NCBI GenBank assembly: GCA_026785945.1
Contig: JAJAZD010000286.1
Coordinates: forward strand, 13,063 to 77,062
Direction of reading: 5' to 3'
Source: Pseudonocardia sp.
GTDB taxonomy: Bacteria; Actinomycetota; Actinomycetes; Mycobacteriales; Pseudonocardiaceae
Length of the DNA: 64,000 bases
Part shown: positions 9,962-20,300 of the stretch, in pieces
Layout: the number at the start of each line of letters is the position of its first letter
How positions within the stretch are numbered: the first letter of the stretch is position 1
Translations under genes and position numbers: made by a program
Notes under the pieces: model-generated
The model's database searches: none
What the model saw: only the letters and a program-made list of their open reading frames with translations
Told to the model about the DNA's origin: nothing

Positions 9962-10670
9962 ATGACCGGACCCAGTAACGACACCGAGAAGGCGCTGTAC
10001 GTCGTGCTGGGCGCCACCGGCGGTATCGGTCGTGCCGTCGTCGCCGAGGCCGCGGCCCGCGGACACCGGGTGTGCCCGGTCAGCCGCTCGGCGGCGGCCG
10101 GCGACCTGCCCGACGGCGTGCAGCGACTCAGCGCGGACGCGGGAACTCCCGAGGGCGCGGCCGCCGCCGTGGCCGGCTCTGCGGTCGTCGTGCACGCGGC
10201 ACAACCGGACTACACCCGCCGGCGCGACGAGTTCCCTCCACTCACCCGCCGCGTCGCCGACGCCACCGCCGCGGCCGGGGCCGGTGTTCGTCGACAACCT
10301 CTACATGTACGGCCCGCAGCCGGACGGCCGGGCCATGACCGAGGACACCCCCACCGGGGCCGACGAGACGAAGGGCAGGGTGCGGGCGCAGATGGCGGCC
10401 GACCTGCTGGACCGTTGCGGGCGCGGTGAGCTGCGGGTCGCGATCGGTCGGGCATCGGACCACCACGGGCCGCACGGCACCGACACCGTGATGGGTGACA
10501 CCTTCTTCAAGGCCGCAACATGGTCGCCGCTGAGATCGACCGACCCGTGACGCTCCGTGCCGCCGGCCCACGAACCCTGCGCCTTCTCGGCCTGTTCGTG
10601 CCGATGATTCGGGAGCTGGCCGGCGCCGCCTACCAATGGCAGCTCCCCTTCGTCGCGGACGGCGCCTCCG
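9962..10670 (+). pseudogene. NAD-dependent epimerase/dehydratase remnant (frameshift + deletion)
   Basis: VVLGATGGIG in frame 1, VFVDNLYMYGP in frame 2, C-terminal LLGLFVPMIREL..YQW..PFV in frame 3. Confidence 0.8.
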
Positions 10671-10717
10671 AGGTCGGTGGTTGCCCGTGGAGTCGAACCC
10701 GCGCCCGTCGCGGCCGA

Positions 10718-11497
10718 TCAGCCGGTGGCGACCGCGGGGTCGAGCAGCCCGTAGTTCCCGTCGTGGCGGTGGTAGATCACGTTGGCCCGTCCGCCGTCGC
10801 GGTCGCGGTAGAACAGGAACGGAAGTCCGGTCATCCGCAACCGGTCCACAGCCTCCTGCGTGTCCAGGACGGGGGCCGGGTGCGGGCTCACGGTGAGATC
10901 GACGGCGTGCGGTCCGGCCGCGGTGAAGCCGCCACCCACCCGCGCGAGCTGCAGGCCCGTCGGACCGTCCCGGTAGACCACGGCGTCCTGCCCACTGCCC
11001 GCTTCGACGAAGAGGTGGAAGTCGAGATCGAGGTCGTCCATCTCGACGACGGCGTCGTCGACGGTGCACTCCTGTGGACTGATCGTGGGGTGCCGGACGA
11101 TCTCTCGCTCCACCGGCTCGCCTGCATCGGCGGCTCGTTCGTGTGCGTCGCGAAGGTTCGCCCGGTCGTGGCCCTGCCCCCGGTCGTGAGACATCCGCTC
11201 CAGCCGGTGGTCCAGGCGCTCGACGAGCATGTCCACCGCCTCGCGAGGCTTCGTGGCCGCCACGTGTACCTGTACCGGCACGCCGTCGAGATCCACGGTG
11301 GCCGCCGCGGTGATCGGCCGTTCCCGCGCGGGATCCCCGTACCGCTCGATCCAGACGTGCACCCGCAGTACCGCGCGTCCGGTGTGCCGCAGCACCCCGG
11401 CGATCTTCAGTTTCGCGTAGTCCGCGAGGTCCGCGGCGATCTCGCCGCGCAGCTCGACCACGGCCTCGCGCATGACCCGTTCCTGTGCTTGATCCAC
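10718..11497 (-). CDS. HPF/RaiA-like protein with tandem sigma-54 modulation/S30EA C-terminal domains
   Basis: N-terminal HPF-like region, two MDDLDLDFHLF / MTGLPFLFYRD repeats, terminal IYHRHDGNYGL. Confidence 0.82.
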   Translation of the reverse strand: MDQAQERVMREAVVELRGEIAADLADYAKLKIAGVLRHTGRAVLRVHVWIERYGDPARERPITAAATVDLDGVPVQVHVAATKPREAVDMLVERLDHRLERMSHDRGQGHDRANLRDAHERAADAGEPVEREIVRHPTISPQECTVDDAVVEMDDLDLDFHLFVEAGSGQDAVVYRDGPTGLQLARVGGGFTAAGPHAVDLTVSPHPAPVLDTQEAVDRLRMTGLPFLFYRDRDGGRANVIYHRHDGNYGLLDPAVATG

Positions 11498-11526
11498 ACC
11501 TGGATGCTCGCAACACCGGGCTCGCC

Positions 11527-11540
11527 GGGACAGAGGTCCT
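11527..11540. promoter_or_regulatory. DosR/DevR-like box upstream of HPF-like gene
   Basis: GGGACAGAGGTCCT, near-perfect GGGAC-N4-GTCCC. Confidence 0.6.
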
Positions 11541-11662
11541 ACGACCCGGGCAAGGCAGCGGAAGACCCCGCATCGGCGGGCCTGCGCCGCTCACGTGCCG
11601 GCCCGGGTGGCATGCGTCGAGCTCTCCACCGCGCCACCCCACGCATTCGTCCCTGGCGTCGC

Positions 11663-11676
11663 GGGACCTTCAGCAC
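11663..11676. promoter_or_regulatory. DosR/DevR-like box upstream of adhP
   Basis: GGGACCTTCAGCAC, with half-site TTCGTCCC ending at 11653 (23 bp earlier). Confidence 0.55.
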
Positions 11677-11793
11677 TGCTGAGCCCGGGGGATGCGGTGT
11701 TCAGTCGGAGCTGCGCTCGTGAACGCGACGCCCTCCGCGACCTGCACCGCAGGCTCTGCGGTACTGCTCGATCCCACCGAACGGAGCACCACG

Positions 11794-12807
11794 ATGAGAG
11801 CCGCCGTCGTCACCGATTTCCGCAAGCCGTTGGAGCTGCAGGAGCTGCCGGTACCGGAGCCGGGCCCGGGTCAGGTGCTGGTCCGCATCGAGACCACCGG
11901 CCTGTGCCACACCGACATCCATGCCGCGCACGGTGACTGGCCGGTCACGCCGAAGCCCCCGTTCATCCCCGGGCACGAGGGGATCGGCCGCATCGAGGCT
12001 CTCGGGACCGGGGTGAGTACCCGCGCGGTCGGCGATCGGGTGGCGATCGCGTGGCTCGCCGGTGCCTGCGGTCGGTGCCGCCACTGCATCGGCGGCTGGG
12101 AGACGCTGTGTGAGAGCCAGCAGAACTCCGGATACTCGGTCGACGGCACCTTCGCCGAGTACACGGTCGTCGCCGCCGCGTTCGCGACACCGGTGCCCGA
12201 GACCATCCCCTCCCGCGACGCCGCCCCGCTCACCTGCGCAGGCGTCACCACCTACAAGGCGATCAAGGTCGCCCGGCTGGAACCGGCCGAGACGGTGGCG
12301 GTCTTCGGTGTCGGCGGGCTGGGACACCTCGCCCTGCAGTACGCCCGCATCGCCGGGGGTTTCGTGATCGGCGTCGACGTCGAGGCCGACAAGCTCGCGA
12401 TGGCGACCGAACTCGGCGCCGACCACGTGGTCGACGCCGCGACGACCGATCCCGTGGCCGCGATCCACGCCCACGGCGGCGCCGACGTGGCGCTCGCGCT
12501 CGCCGCCTCACCCGAGTCCTTCGACCAGGCGTTCCGGTCGCTACGTCGCGGTGGCCGGCTGGTGTGCGTCGCGATGCCTGCGGACGACGGCGTCGTGACC
12601 CTGCCGATCTTCGACACGGTGGTCAACGGGAAATCGGTGATCGGCTCGATCGTCGGCACCCGCAACGACCTCGCCGACGTCTTCGCCCTTCACGCCGCCG
12701 GGCGCACCCGGGTGATCACCGTCGCCCGCCCGCTCGAGCAGGTCAACGAGGCCATCGACGACGTGCTGGCCGGTCGCGTCCAGGCGCGCGTGGTCTTCGA
12801 CCTGTAG
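11794..12807 (+). CDS. adhP: Zn-dependent alcohol dehydrogenase (AdhP type)
   Basis: GLCHTDIH, GHEG, structural CGRCRHC..C, GVGGLG. Confidence 0.93.
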   Translation: MRAAVVTDFRKPLELQELPVPEPGPGQVLVRIETTGLCHTDIHAAHGDWPVTPKPPFIPGHEGIGRIEALGTGVSTRAVGDRVAIAWLAGACGRCRHCIGGWETLCESQQNSGYSVDGTFAEYTVVAAAFATPVPETIPSRDAAPLTCAGVTTYKAIKVARLEPAETVAVFGVGGLGHLALQYARIAGGFVIGVDVEADKLAMATELGADHVVDAATTDPVAAIHAHGGADVALALAASPESFDQAFRSLRRGGRLVCVAMPADDGVVTLPIFDTVVNGKSVIGSIVGTRNDLADVFALHAAGRTRVITVARPLEQVNEAIDDVLAGRVQARVVFDL

Positions 12808-12878
12808 CCGGCCCATCCGACGTCGCTCACCCCGCGGATGCCGGGTGCGTCGCGCCGGCGGCTCCGTCGCGTGCCGGC

Positions 12879-13211
12879 CTACGTGCGGGTGGCCACGGTG
12901 AGCAGCACCGCGGCGTCCTCGAGCGCTTCGAGCGCGTGCCGGGTGCCGGGCACCACGAGGAGGTCGCCGGGGGAGCCCTCCCAACCCTCGTCCCCGGCGA
13001 CGAGACGCACCCGCCCGTGCAGCACGTGCACCGTGGCCTCCCCGGGGCTCTCGTGCTCGTCGAGCTTCCGTCCGGCGGCCAGCGCGATGACCGTCTGGCG
13101 CAGGACGCGTTCGTGGCCGCCGAACACGGTCTGCGCGCTCCGCCCACTGGACGCCGTCCTCGCGATCTTCAGCTGTTCCCTGGCCAGCGCGGTCAGCGAC
13201 GACTTCTTCAC
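12879..13211 (-). CDS. Small cupin-domain protein
   Basis: LRQTVIALAAG..LDEHESPGEATVHVLHG..HALEALED; GTG at 13211. Confidence 0.85.
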   Translation of the reverse strand: MKKSSLTALAREQLKIARTASSGRSAQTVFGGHERVLRQTVIALAAGRKLDEHESPGEATVHVLHGRVRLVAGDEGWEGSPGDLLVVPGTRHALEALEDAAVLLTVATRT

Positions 13212-13326
13212 GGGTGTGCCTTTCCGGCGAACTGCGGGAGCGGGGCGGCGTCGGACAGGAGGAGGTCGGACGCGAGCGACCGGGCCCGCGGCGATCTCGG
13301 GACCCGGTCGACCGTTCTGGTCGAGG

Positions 13327-13932
13327 TCAGGCAAGGAACCGGAACCGTTCGACGATCGGGAGGCGCTCCCACGTCCTGCCCAGTCCGAGGGTCCGGCCGG
13401 CACCGACGAGGACGAGGATCCCCAGGAGCATGGCGTAGATCAGGTGGTCGTCCATGAACGGGTTGGTGGCGGGCGGCAGGACCGCGGTCCACATGAGGAA
13501 CAGTAGCACCGCACCGGAGACCGCCGCGATGCGCATCGCGATGCCGAGCATGAGGGCGACCCCGATGCCGAGCAGGCCGATCATGAACAGCCAGTCGGCC
13601 CACGCCGCACCGGCGATCGAACCGTAGGCGTCGGCGAAGGGACCCTGCGTGGCGTTGCCCAGGAAGCCCTTGGTCGGCGACCCGCCGTTGAGCCAGGCGG
13701 CATCCCCGAAGACGGCGACGGCGCCGGTCTCCTTGTCGCGGCCGGTGGCGAAGCCGAGAGCGAAGGTCTTGTCGATGAACGCCCAGAGGAACACCCACCC
13801 GATGCTCAGCCTCGTGACGGCGGCGAGGTAGCGCAGCGCCGTCCGCGATGTCGGCCCGGTCCCCGGGTGGATGGACGGCGTGGCCTCCGTGCTCGGGACT
13901 GAGGTTCTCCTGCTCGGGACTGCGGTGCTCAT
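13327..13932 (-). CDS. DoxX/DoxD-family membrane protein
   Basis: RLSIGWVFLWAFIDK, GSPTKGFL, NPFMDDH. Confidence 0.85.
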   Translation of the reverse strand: MSTAVPSRRTSVPSTEATPSIHPGTGPTSRTALRYLAAVTRLSIGWVFLWAFIDKTFALGFATGRDKETGAVAVFGDAAWLNGGSPTKGFLGNATQGPFADAYGSIAGAAWADWLFMIGLLGIGVALMLGIAMRIAAVSGAVLLFLMWTAVLPPATNPFMDDHLIYAMLLGILVLVGAGRTLGLGRTWERLPIVERFRFLA

Positions 13933-14037
13933 GACGGCCTCTCTGAGTGGATGGCGGCCTGGTGGCTGATCAGATCCCGTCGCTTCTCGCGGTGGGGGTC
14001 ATGGACCCATCCTGATCACCGGAGCGTTGCGGTGGCA

Positions 14038-14074
14038 GAGCTGAACGTCCCGAGGCGGCGGGGTCGAAGTGCCG
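14038..14074. promoter_or_regulatory. Pair of DosR/DevR-like boxes upstream of doxX
   Basis: revcomp GGGACGTTCAGCTC (14038-14051) and CGGCACTTCGACCC (14061-14074), 23 bp apart. Confidence 0.5.
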
Positions 14075-14107
14075 GACCTGGCCCGGACCGGCGGGTGTCC
14101 TCCCGGT

Positions 14108-14926
14108 TCAGAGGACGGTCAGGCCGTGGGAGCGGAACCGGTCCTCCACGCGCTCCACCAGCTCCTGCGACGGCGGGGCGTGGGCCCCCAGCTGGTAAGG
14201 GAGCCCGAGCTCGGCCCACTTGCCCGCACCCAGGTGGTGGAACGGCAGGACCTCCACCCGATCGACGCCGTCGAGGGTGGCGACGAACGCGGCCACCGCC
14301 TCGACGTTCTCGGGCGCGTCGGTGAGTCCCGGCACCAGCACGAAACGCACCCACATCCGGTTGCCCCGGTCCGACAGCCGGCGGGCGAAGCGCAGCGTCG
14401 GTGCGAGGTCCGCGCTGGTGACCAGGCGGTAGGTGTCGGGGTCGCCGGACTTGATGTCGAGCAGGAACAGGTCGACCAGGTCGAGGAACTCGTCGGTGGC
14501 CCGGTCGCCGAGGAACCCCGAGGTGTCCACGGCGGTGTGCAGCCCGAGGTCGTGGCGGCAGCGGCGCAGCAACGCCTCCAGGAACCGGATCTGCAGCATC
14601 GGTTCGCCGCCGCTGACGGTGATCCCGCCGTGCGCGGTGGTGACGAACGCCGCGTACTTCGCGATCTCGTCCACCATCCGTCCCGTCGTGACCCGGCGGC
14701 CGTCGCCCATCGTCCACGTGTCGGGGTTCTCGCAGTACTGGCAGCGCAGCGGGCACCCGGACAGGAACAGGGTGAACCGCACGCCGGGCCCGTTGACGGC
14801 GCCGGTGATCTCGTAGGAGTGGTAGTAGCCGATCTCCGGGTCCCCCTCCTGCGCCAGCTCCGCCTCGAGCTCGGCCCGCGACCCGCCGTGACGCTCGCGC
14901 ACCGGCGTGATCGGGAGCCGGCGCAT
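14108..14926 (-). CDS. pflA: Pyruvate formate-lyase activating enzyme (radical SAM)
   Basis: CPLRCQYC (CxxxCxxC), [15 protein letters not shown]; TGATG overlap with pflB. Confidence 0.93.
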   Translation of the reverse strand: MRRLPITPVRERHGGSRAELEAELAQEGDPEIGYYHSYEITGAVNGPGVRFTLFLSGCPLRCQYCENPDTWTMGDGRRVTTGRMVDEIAKYAAFVTTAHGGITVSGGEPMLQIRFLEALLRRCRHDLGLHTAVDTSGFLGDRATDEFLDLVDLFLLDIKSGDPDTYRLVTSADLAPTLRFARRLSDRGNRMWVRFVLVPGLTDAPENVEAVAAFVATLDGVDRVEVLPFHHLGAGKWAELGLPYQLGAHAPPSQELVERVEDRFRSHGLTVL

Positions 14927-17229
14927 CAGAGCGAGCCGTGGAACGTGCGGTGGATGACGTCGAGCTGTTGCTCCCGGGTGAGCCGCACGAAGTTCACCGC
15001 GTACCCGGACACCCGGATGGTCAGCTGCGGGTAGCGCTCGGGGTGCTCCATGGCGTCGAGCAGGGTGTCCCGGTCGAGCACGTTGACGTTGACGTGGAAA
15101 CCGTGCGCGCCGAAGAAGCCGTCGAGGATGCCGGTGAGGTTCTCGACCTGCTCCGCCGCGGTCTTCCCCAGTGCGGTCGGCACGAGGTTGCTGGTCAGCG
15201 AGATGCCGTCGCGCGCCTGGTCGTAGGGCAGCTTGGCGACCGAGAGCGCCGAGGCCACCCAACCGTGCCGGTCGCGCCCGTTCATCGGGTTCGCACCGGG
15301 GGAGAAGGGCTCGCCCGAGCGGCGGCCGTCGGGGGTGTTCCCGGTGGCCTTGCCGTAGACCACGTTCGAGGTGATCGTCAGCACCGACTGGGTGTGGGTC
15401 GCCCCGCGGTAGGCGCGATGGCGGCGGATCTTCTCCATGAACCGTTCCACCAGCCCGACCGCGATGTCGTCGACGCGGTCGTCGTTGTTGCCGTACGCCG
15501 GGTAGCTACCCTCGATCCGATAGTCGACGACCAGACCGGTGTCGTCGCGGACGACCGTGACGCGGGCGTCCCGGATCGCGGACAGGCTGTCGGCGGTGAC
15601 CGCCAGACCAGCGATGCCCATCGCCATCGTGCGGTGCACCGGGTGGTCGTGCAGCGCCATCTCGATGCGCTCGTAGGCGTACTTGTCGTGCATGTAGTGG
15701 ATGACGTTGAGCGCGTCGACGTAGACACGGGCGAGCCAGTCCATCTCGACGTCGAGCTTGGCCAGCACGTCGTCGTAGTCGAGCAGGTCTCCGGTCACGG
15801 GCGCGGTGGGCACCGCCACCTGCAGGCCGCTCTTCTCGTCGCGCCCGCCGTTGATGGCGTAGAGCAGCGTCTTCGCCAGGTTGACCCGGGCGCCGAAGAA
15901 CTGCATCTGCCTGCCGAGGGTCATCGCCGAGACGCAGCACGCGATGGCCGTGTCGTCGCCGGTCACGGGGCGCATCAGCTCGTCGGACTCGTATTGGATG
16001 CTGCTCGTGTCGATCGAGGTCCGGGCGGCGAAGTCCTTGAAGCCCTGGGGCAGCGCCGGCGACCACATCACGGTGAGGTTCGGCTCCGGGGCCGGGCCCA
16101 GGTCGTGCAAGGTCTGCAGGAAGCGGAACGAGCTGCGCGTCACCAGCGTCCGTCCGTCGGCGCCCATGCCGCCGATGCACTCGGTCACCCACGTCGGGTC
16201 GCCGGAGAACAGGGCGTCGTACTCCGGGGTGCGCAGGAAGCGGACGATCCGCAGCTTGATCACGAAGTCGTCGATCAGCTCCTGGGCGCGCGACTCGTCG
16301 ATGCGGCCGTCGTCGAGGTCACGCTGCAGATAGATGTCGAGGAACGTCGACGTGCGCCCCAGCGACATCGCGGCGCCGTTCTGCTCCTTCACCGCGGCGA
16401 GGTAGCCGAAGTAGAGCCATTGGATCGCCTCCTGCGCCGTGCCGGCCGGGCCCGAGATGTCGAACCCGTAGGAGGCGGCCATCTCCCGCAGTTCGCCCAA
16501 GGCCCGGATCTGCTCGGCCAGCTCCTCCCGGTCGCGGATGACGTCCTCGCTCGAGGGCAGCGCGTCGAGCGAGGACTTGACGAGCTGCTTGTCCGCGACG
16601 AGCCGGTCGGTCCCGTAGAGGGCGACGCGGCGGTAGTCGCCGATGATGCGGCCACGCCCGTAGGCGTCGGGGAGGCCGGTGATGATGTGGGAGCGCCGGG
16701 CCGCGAGAATCTCCTCGGTGTAGGCGTCGAACACCCCGTCGTTGTGGGTCTTGCGGTACTTCGTGAAGATCTCCGCGACCCGCGGGTCGACCTCGTACCC
16801 GTAGGTCCGAAGGCTTGTCTCGACGACGCGCCAGCCGCCGTTGGGCATGATCGCGCGGCGGAGCGGGGCGTCGGTCTGCAGGCCGACGATCAGCTCGGCG
16901 TCCCGGTCGATGTAGCCGGGGGCGTGCCCGGTGATCGACGCCGGGGTGTGCGTGTCGATGTCGTGGACGCCCCGCGCGCGTTCCTGCGGGAACAGCGCCG
17001 TCATGCGCGCCCACAGGGCCGTCGTCCGGTCGGTGGGTCCGGCCAGGAACGACGCGTCGCCCTCGTAGGGCGTGTAGTTGTCCTGCAGGAACTGTCGGGG
17101 GTCGATCGAGCCGCGCCAGCCCTGCCCCCGGAAACCGCGCCACGGATCTCCCGCGCGGGTGTCTCCCGACGGGTGGCGGTCGGTGGCGCTCCTCGGCCCG
17201 GGGACAGGGCTCCGCACGGTCTGGGTCAT
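14926..17229 (-). CDS. pflB: Pyruvate formate-lyase (formate C-acetyltransferase)
   Basis: 767 aa; catalytic IACCVS, glycyl radical [15 protein letters not shown]. Confidence 0.97.
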   Translation of the reverse strand: MTQTVRSPVPGPRSATDRHPSGDTRAGDPWRGFRGQGWRGSIDPRQFLQDNYTPYEGDASFLAGPTDRTTALWARMTALFPQERARGVHDIDTHTPASITGHAPGYIDRDAELIVGLQTDAPLRRAIMPNGGWRVVETSLRTYGYEVDPRVAEIFTKYRKTHNDGVFDAYTEEILAARRSHIITGLPDAYGRGRIIGDYRRVALYGTDRLVADKQLVKSSLDALPSSEDVIRDREELAEQIRALGELREMAASYGFDISGPAGTAQEAIQWLYFGYLAAVKEQNGAAMSLGRTSTFLDIYLQRDLDDGRIDESRAQELIDDFVIKLRIVRFLRTPEYDALFSGDPTWVTECIGGMGADGRTLVTRSSFRFLQTLHDLGPAPEPNLTVMWSPALPQGFKDFAARTSIDTSSIQYESDELMRPVTGDDTAIACCVSAMTLGRQMQFFGARVNLAKTLLYAINGGRDEKSGLQVAVPTAPVTGDLLDYDDVLAKLDVEMDWLARVYVDALNVIHYMHDKYAYERIEMALHDHPVHRTMAMGIAGLAVTADSLSAIRDARVTVVRDDTGLVVDYRIEGSYPAYGNNDDRVDDIAVGLVERFMEKIRRHRAYRGATHTQSVLTITSNVVYGKATGNTPDGRRSGEPFSPGANPMNGRDRHGWVASALSVAKLPYDQARDGISLTSNLVPTALGKTAAEQVENLTGILDGFFGAHGFHVNVNVLDRDTLLDAMEHPERYPQLTIRVSGYAVNFVRLTREQQLDVIHRTFHGSL

Positions 17230-17265
17230 GGTCCGATCCTCGCCCGCCGGCCCGGGCCGGCGACA

Positions 17266-17371
17266 GAGCAGAAGGTCCCGGGTGGGCCGGCCGATGTGCC
17301 ACCGGTGAACCGGGCGGAGGCCGCGACGCCGGTAGGCCCCGCTGACCCGTTCCCGACGGGACCTTCGCCGG
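17266..17371. promoter_or_regulatory. Divergent pflB/phosphoketolase promoter with DosR/DevR-like boxes
   Basis: revcomp GGGACCTTCTGCTC (17266-17279) facing pflB; GGGACCTTCGCCGG (17358-17371) followed by -10-like TATCGT facing xfp. Confidence 0.6.
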
Positions 17372-17457
17372 TATCGTATGACCCGGCCCGTGGGAGAGGC
17401 TTCCTCCGGGAGCGCCCCGTGTCGCCTTCACCGCCCGGCCCACCTGAGGAGTCACCC

Positions 17458-19893
17458 TTGCCCGACACCGACACCGCCACGGCGCCCGACACCGACACGG
17501 CGCCCACCCGGGCCGTCAGTCGCCGCGACCTCGAGCTGATCGACGCGTATTGGCGGGCGGCGAACTACCTGTCGGTCGGACAGATCTACCTGCTCGACAA
17601 CCCGTTGCTGCGCGAGGCGCTGCTCGCCGAGCACGTCAAGCCCCGCCTGCTCGGGCACTGGGGTACGACACCGGGGTTGAACCTGCTCTACGCGCACATG
17701 AATCGGGTCATCCGGCAGCGTGACCTCGACGCGCTGTACGTGACCGGGCCGGGCCACGGCGGGCCCGGATTGGTGGCCAACGCCTACCTCGAGGGCACCT
17801 ACAGCGAGGTGTACTCCTCGATCGGGCGTGACGAGGACGGGATGCGCGCGCTGTTCCGGCAGTTCTCCTTCCCCGGCGGCATCCCCAGCCACGTCGCCCC
17901 CGAGACACCCGGGTCCATCCACGAGGGCGGCGAGCTCGGCTACGCGCTGGTGCACGCCTTCGGTGCGGTGTTCGACAACCCCGACCTGCTGGCGCTGTGC
18001 GTGGTGGGCGACGGGGAGGCGGAGACCGGGCCGCTGGCTGCGAGCTGGCACTCGAACAAGTTCCTCAACCCCGCGACCGACGGCGCCGTGCTGCCGGTGC
18101 TCCACCTCAACGGCTACAAGATCGCCAACCCGACGGTCCTGGCCCGCATCCCCGAGTCCGAGCTCGCCGCACTGATGCGCGGTTACGGCTATGAACCGCA
18201 CTTCGTCGGCGGCGAGGGTGCCGGGGGCGACGACCCCGTGGCCGTCCACGAGCGGCTCGCGGCCACCCTCGACGAGGTGCTCGACGACATCGCCGCGATC
18301 CAGGACGCGGCCCGCGTCGGGCAGGCTCCGGCCGTGCGCCCGACGTGGCCGATGATCGTCCTGCGCACCCCGAAGGGCTGGACGGGCCCCAAGGAGGTGG
18401 ACGGCCTACCGGTCGAGGGCACCTTCCGTGCCCACCAGGTGCCGGTGGCCGCCACCCGCAGCAACCCCGAGCACCGCGCGCTGCTCGAGCAGTGGCTGCG
18501 CAGCTACCGGCCCGAGGAGCTGTTCGACCCGACCGGGCGGCTGGTCCCGGAGCTGGCGGCGCTCGCGCCGGAGGGCGCCCGGCGGATGAGCGCCAACCCG
18601 CACGCGAACGGCGGACGTCTCCTGCGGGACCTGCGCATGCCCGACTTCCGCGACCACGCCGTGGCCGTCGACCGTCCCGGTGTCGGATCCAGCTCGGCCA
18701 CCGGCGTGCTCGGCGGGTTCCTGCGCGACATCATCGTGCGCAACCCCGAGACGTTCCGCATCATGGGCCCCGACGAGACGGCGTCCAACCGCCTCTCCGC
18801 CGTGTTCGAGCAGACCGACCGGGCCTGGAACGCCGAGATCCTTCCCGGTGACGACCATCTCGCGCCGGACGGGCGGGTGATGGAGGTGCTGTCCGAGCAC
18901 CTGTGCCAGGGCTGGCTGGAGGGCTACCTGCTCACCGGTCGCCACGGCCTGTTCAACTGCTACGAGGCGTTCATCCACATCATCGACTCGATGTTCAACC
19001 AGCACGCCAAGTGGCTCAAGACCACCAACCACATCCCGTGGCGGGCCCCGATCGCTTCGCTGAACTACCTGCTCACCAGCCACGTCTGGCGTCAGGACCA
19101 CAATGGACTGTCCCATCAGGACCCCGGGTTCATCGACCACGTGGTGAACAAGAAGGCGGAGGTCGTCCGCGTCTACCTGCCGCCGGACACCAACACCCTG
19201 CTGTCGGTGGCCGACCACTGCCTGCGCAGCCGCCACTACGTCAACGTCATCGTGGCCGGGAAGCAGCCTGCGCTGACCTACCTGACCATGGACGAGGCCA
19301 TCGCGCACTGCACCCGCGGGCTCGGGATCTGGCCGTGGGCCGGCACCGCCGACACGGACGCGGCCTACAGCGACCCCGACGTGGTGCTCGCCTGCGCCGG
19401 GGACACCCCGACGATGGAGACCGTGGCCGCGGCGGACCTGCTGCGCACCCACCTGCCCGGGCTGCGGGTGCGGGTCGTCAACGTCGTGGACCTCATGCGG
19501 CTCGAACCCGACACCGAGCACCCGCACGGGCTGTCCGACCGCGACTTCGACGCCCTGTTCACCGTCGACAAGCCGGTGATCTTCGCCTACCACGGCTACC
19601 CGTCGCTGATCCACAAGCTCACCTACCGGCGCACGAACCACCGGAACATGCACGTGCGCGGCTACAAGGAGGAGGGCACGACGACCACGCCGTTCGACAT
19701 GGTGATGCTCAACGACCTCGACCGTTTCCGGCTCGTCATGGACGTGATCGACCGCGTCCCGTCGCTGGGCAGCCGGGCCGCGACCCTGCGGCAGCAGATG
19801 TCCGACGCCCGCCTGAGCGCCCGCGCCTACACGCGCGAGCACGGCGAGGACGACCCGGCGATCGCGGGATGGACGTGGCCGGGACCGAACTGA
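17458..19893 (+). CDS. xfp: Phosphoketolase (XFP family)
   Basis: [26 protein letters not shown], ThDP GDGEAE..LNGYKI, QDHNG; TTG start after GAGGA. Confidence 0.95.
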   Translation: MPDTDTATAPDTDTAPTRAVSRRDLELIDAYWRAANYLSVGQIYLLDNPLLREALLAEHVKPRLLGHWGTTPGLNLLYAHMNRVIRQRDLDALYVTGPGHGGPGLVANAYLEGTYSEVYSSIGRDEDGMRALFRQFSFPGGIPSHVAPETPGSIHEGGELGYALVHAFGAVFDNPDLLALCVVGDGEAETGPLAASWHSNKFLNPATDGAVLPVLHLNGYKIANPTVLARIPESELAALMRGYGYEPHFVGGEGAGGDDPVAVHERLAATLDEVLDDIAAIQDAARVGQAPAVRPTWPMIVLRTPKGWTGPKEVDGLPVEGTFRAHQVPVAATRSNPEHRALLEQWLRSYRPEELFDPTGRLVPELAALAPEGARRMSANPHANGGRLLRDLRMPDFRDHAVAVDRPGVGSSSATGVLGGFLRDIIVRNPETFRIMGPDETASNRLSAVFEQTDRAWNAEILPGDDHLAPDGRVMEVLSEHLCQGWLEGYLLTGRHGLFNCYEAFIHIIDSMFNQHAKWLKTTNHIPWRAPIASLNYLLTSHVWRQDHNGLSHQDPGFIDHVVNKKAEVVRVYLPPDTNTLLSVADHCLRSRHYVNVIVAGKQPALTYLTMDEAIAHCTRGLGIWPWAGTADTDAAYSDPDVVLACAGDTPTMETVAAADLLRTHLPGLRVRVVNVVDLMRLEPDTEHPHGLSDRDFDALFTVDKPVIFAYHGYPSLIHKLTYRRTNHRNMHVRGYKEEGTTTTPFDMVMLNDLDRFRLVMDVIDRVPSLGSRAATLRQQMSDARLSARAYTREHGEDDPAIAGWTWPGPN

Positions 19894-19939
19894 GCGCGCG
19901 CGCCGACGTCGTCGGGACCATCCCGGGCGAGCCGGGGGG

Positions 19940-20293
19940 TCACCGACGACGTCGCGGCGCGCAGGCGATGCAGGTCTCGGCGGAGGGGAGCGCGTCCAGC
20001 CGCTCCGGTCCGATCGGTTCGCCGCAGGTCCGGCACCGCCCGTAGGTGCCGGCTTCGAGCCGGTCGGCCGCACGGTCGAGCGCCTCGATCTCGCGCCGGG
20101 CCCCGGCGAGCAGACCCTGCAGGTGGGCGCGTTCGTAGGCGACGGTGACGCCCTCGGGGTCGTGCTCGTCGTCATGGGTGGTGTGGGCCTGCACCTCGGC
20201 CAGCTCGGCGACCTGCCTCGCCAGCGCCGCCGCGCGGGACGCGGTGGCGGCGCGCTCCCGGGCGATCACCGCCTCCGTGTCGCTGCTGTCCAC
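19940..20293 (-). CDS. TraR/DksA C4 zinc-finger protein
   Basis: Coiled coil with DDEHDPEG tip; CRTCGEPI..ERL..P.AETCIAC. Confidence 0.9.
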   Translation of the reverse strand: MDSSDTEAVIARERAATASRAAALARQVAELAEVQAHTTHDDEHDPEGVTVAYERAHLQGLLAGARREIEALDRAADRLEAGTYGRCRTCGEPIGPERLDALPSAETCIACAPRRRR

Positions 20294-20300
20294 GGGAGGG

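Noticed and set aside
14938-17457. 1651-aa ORF suggesting a giant phosphoketolase fusion
   Set aside because: The upstream part is antisense to pflB; XFP similarity and an RBS start at 17458.
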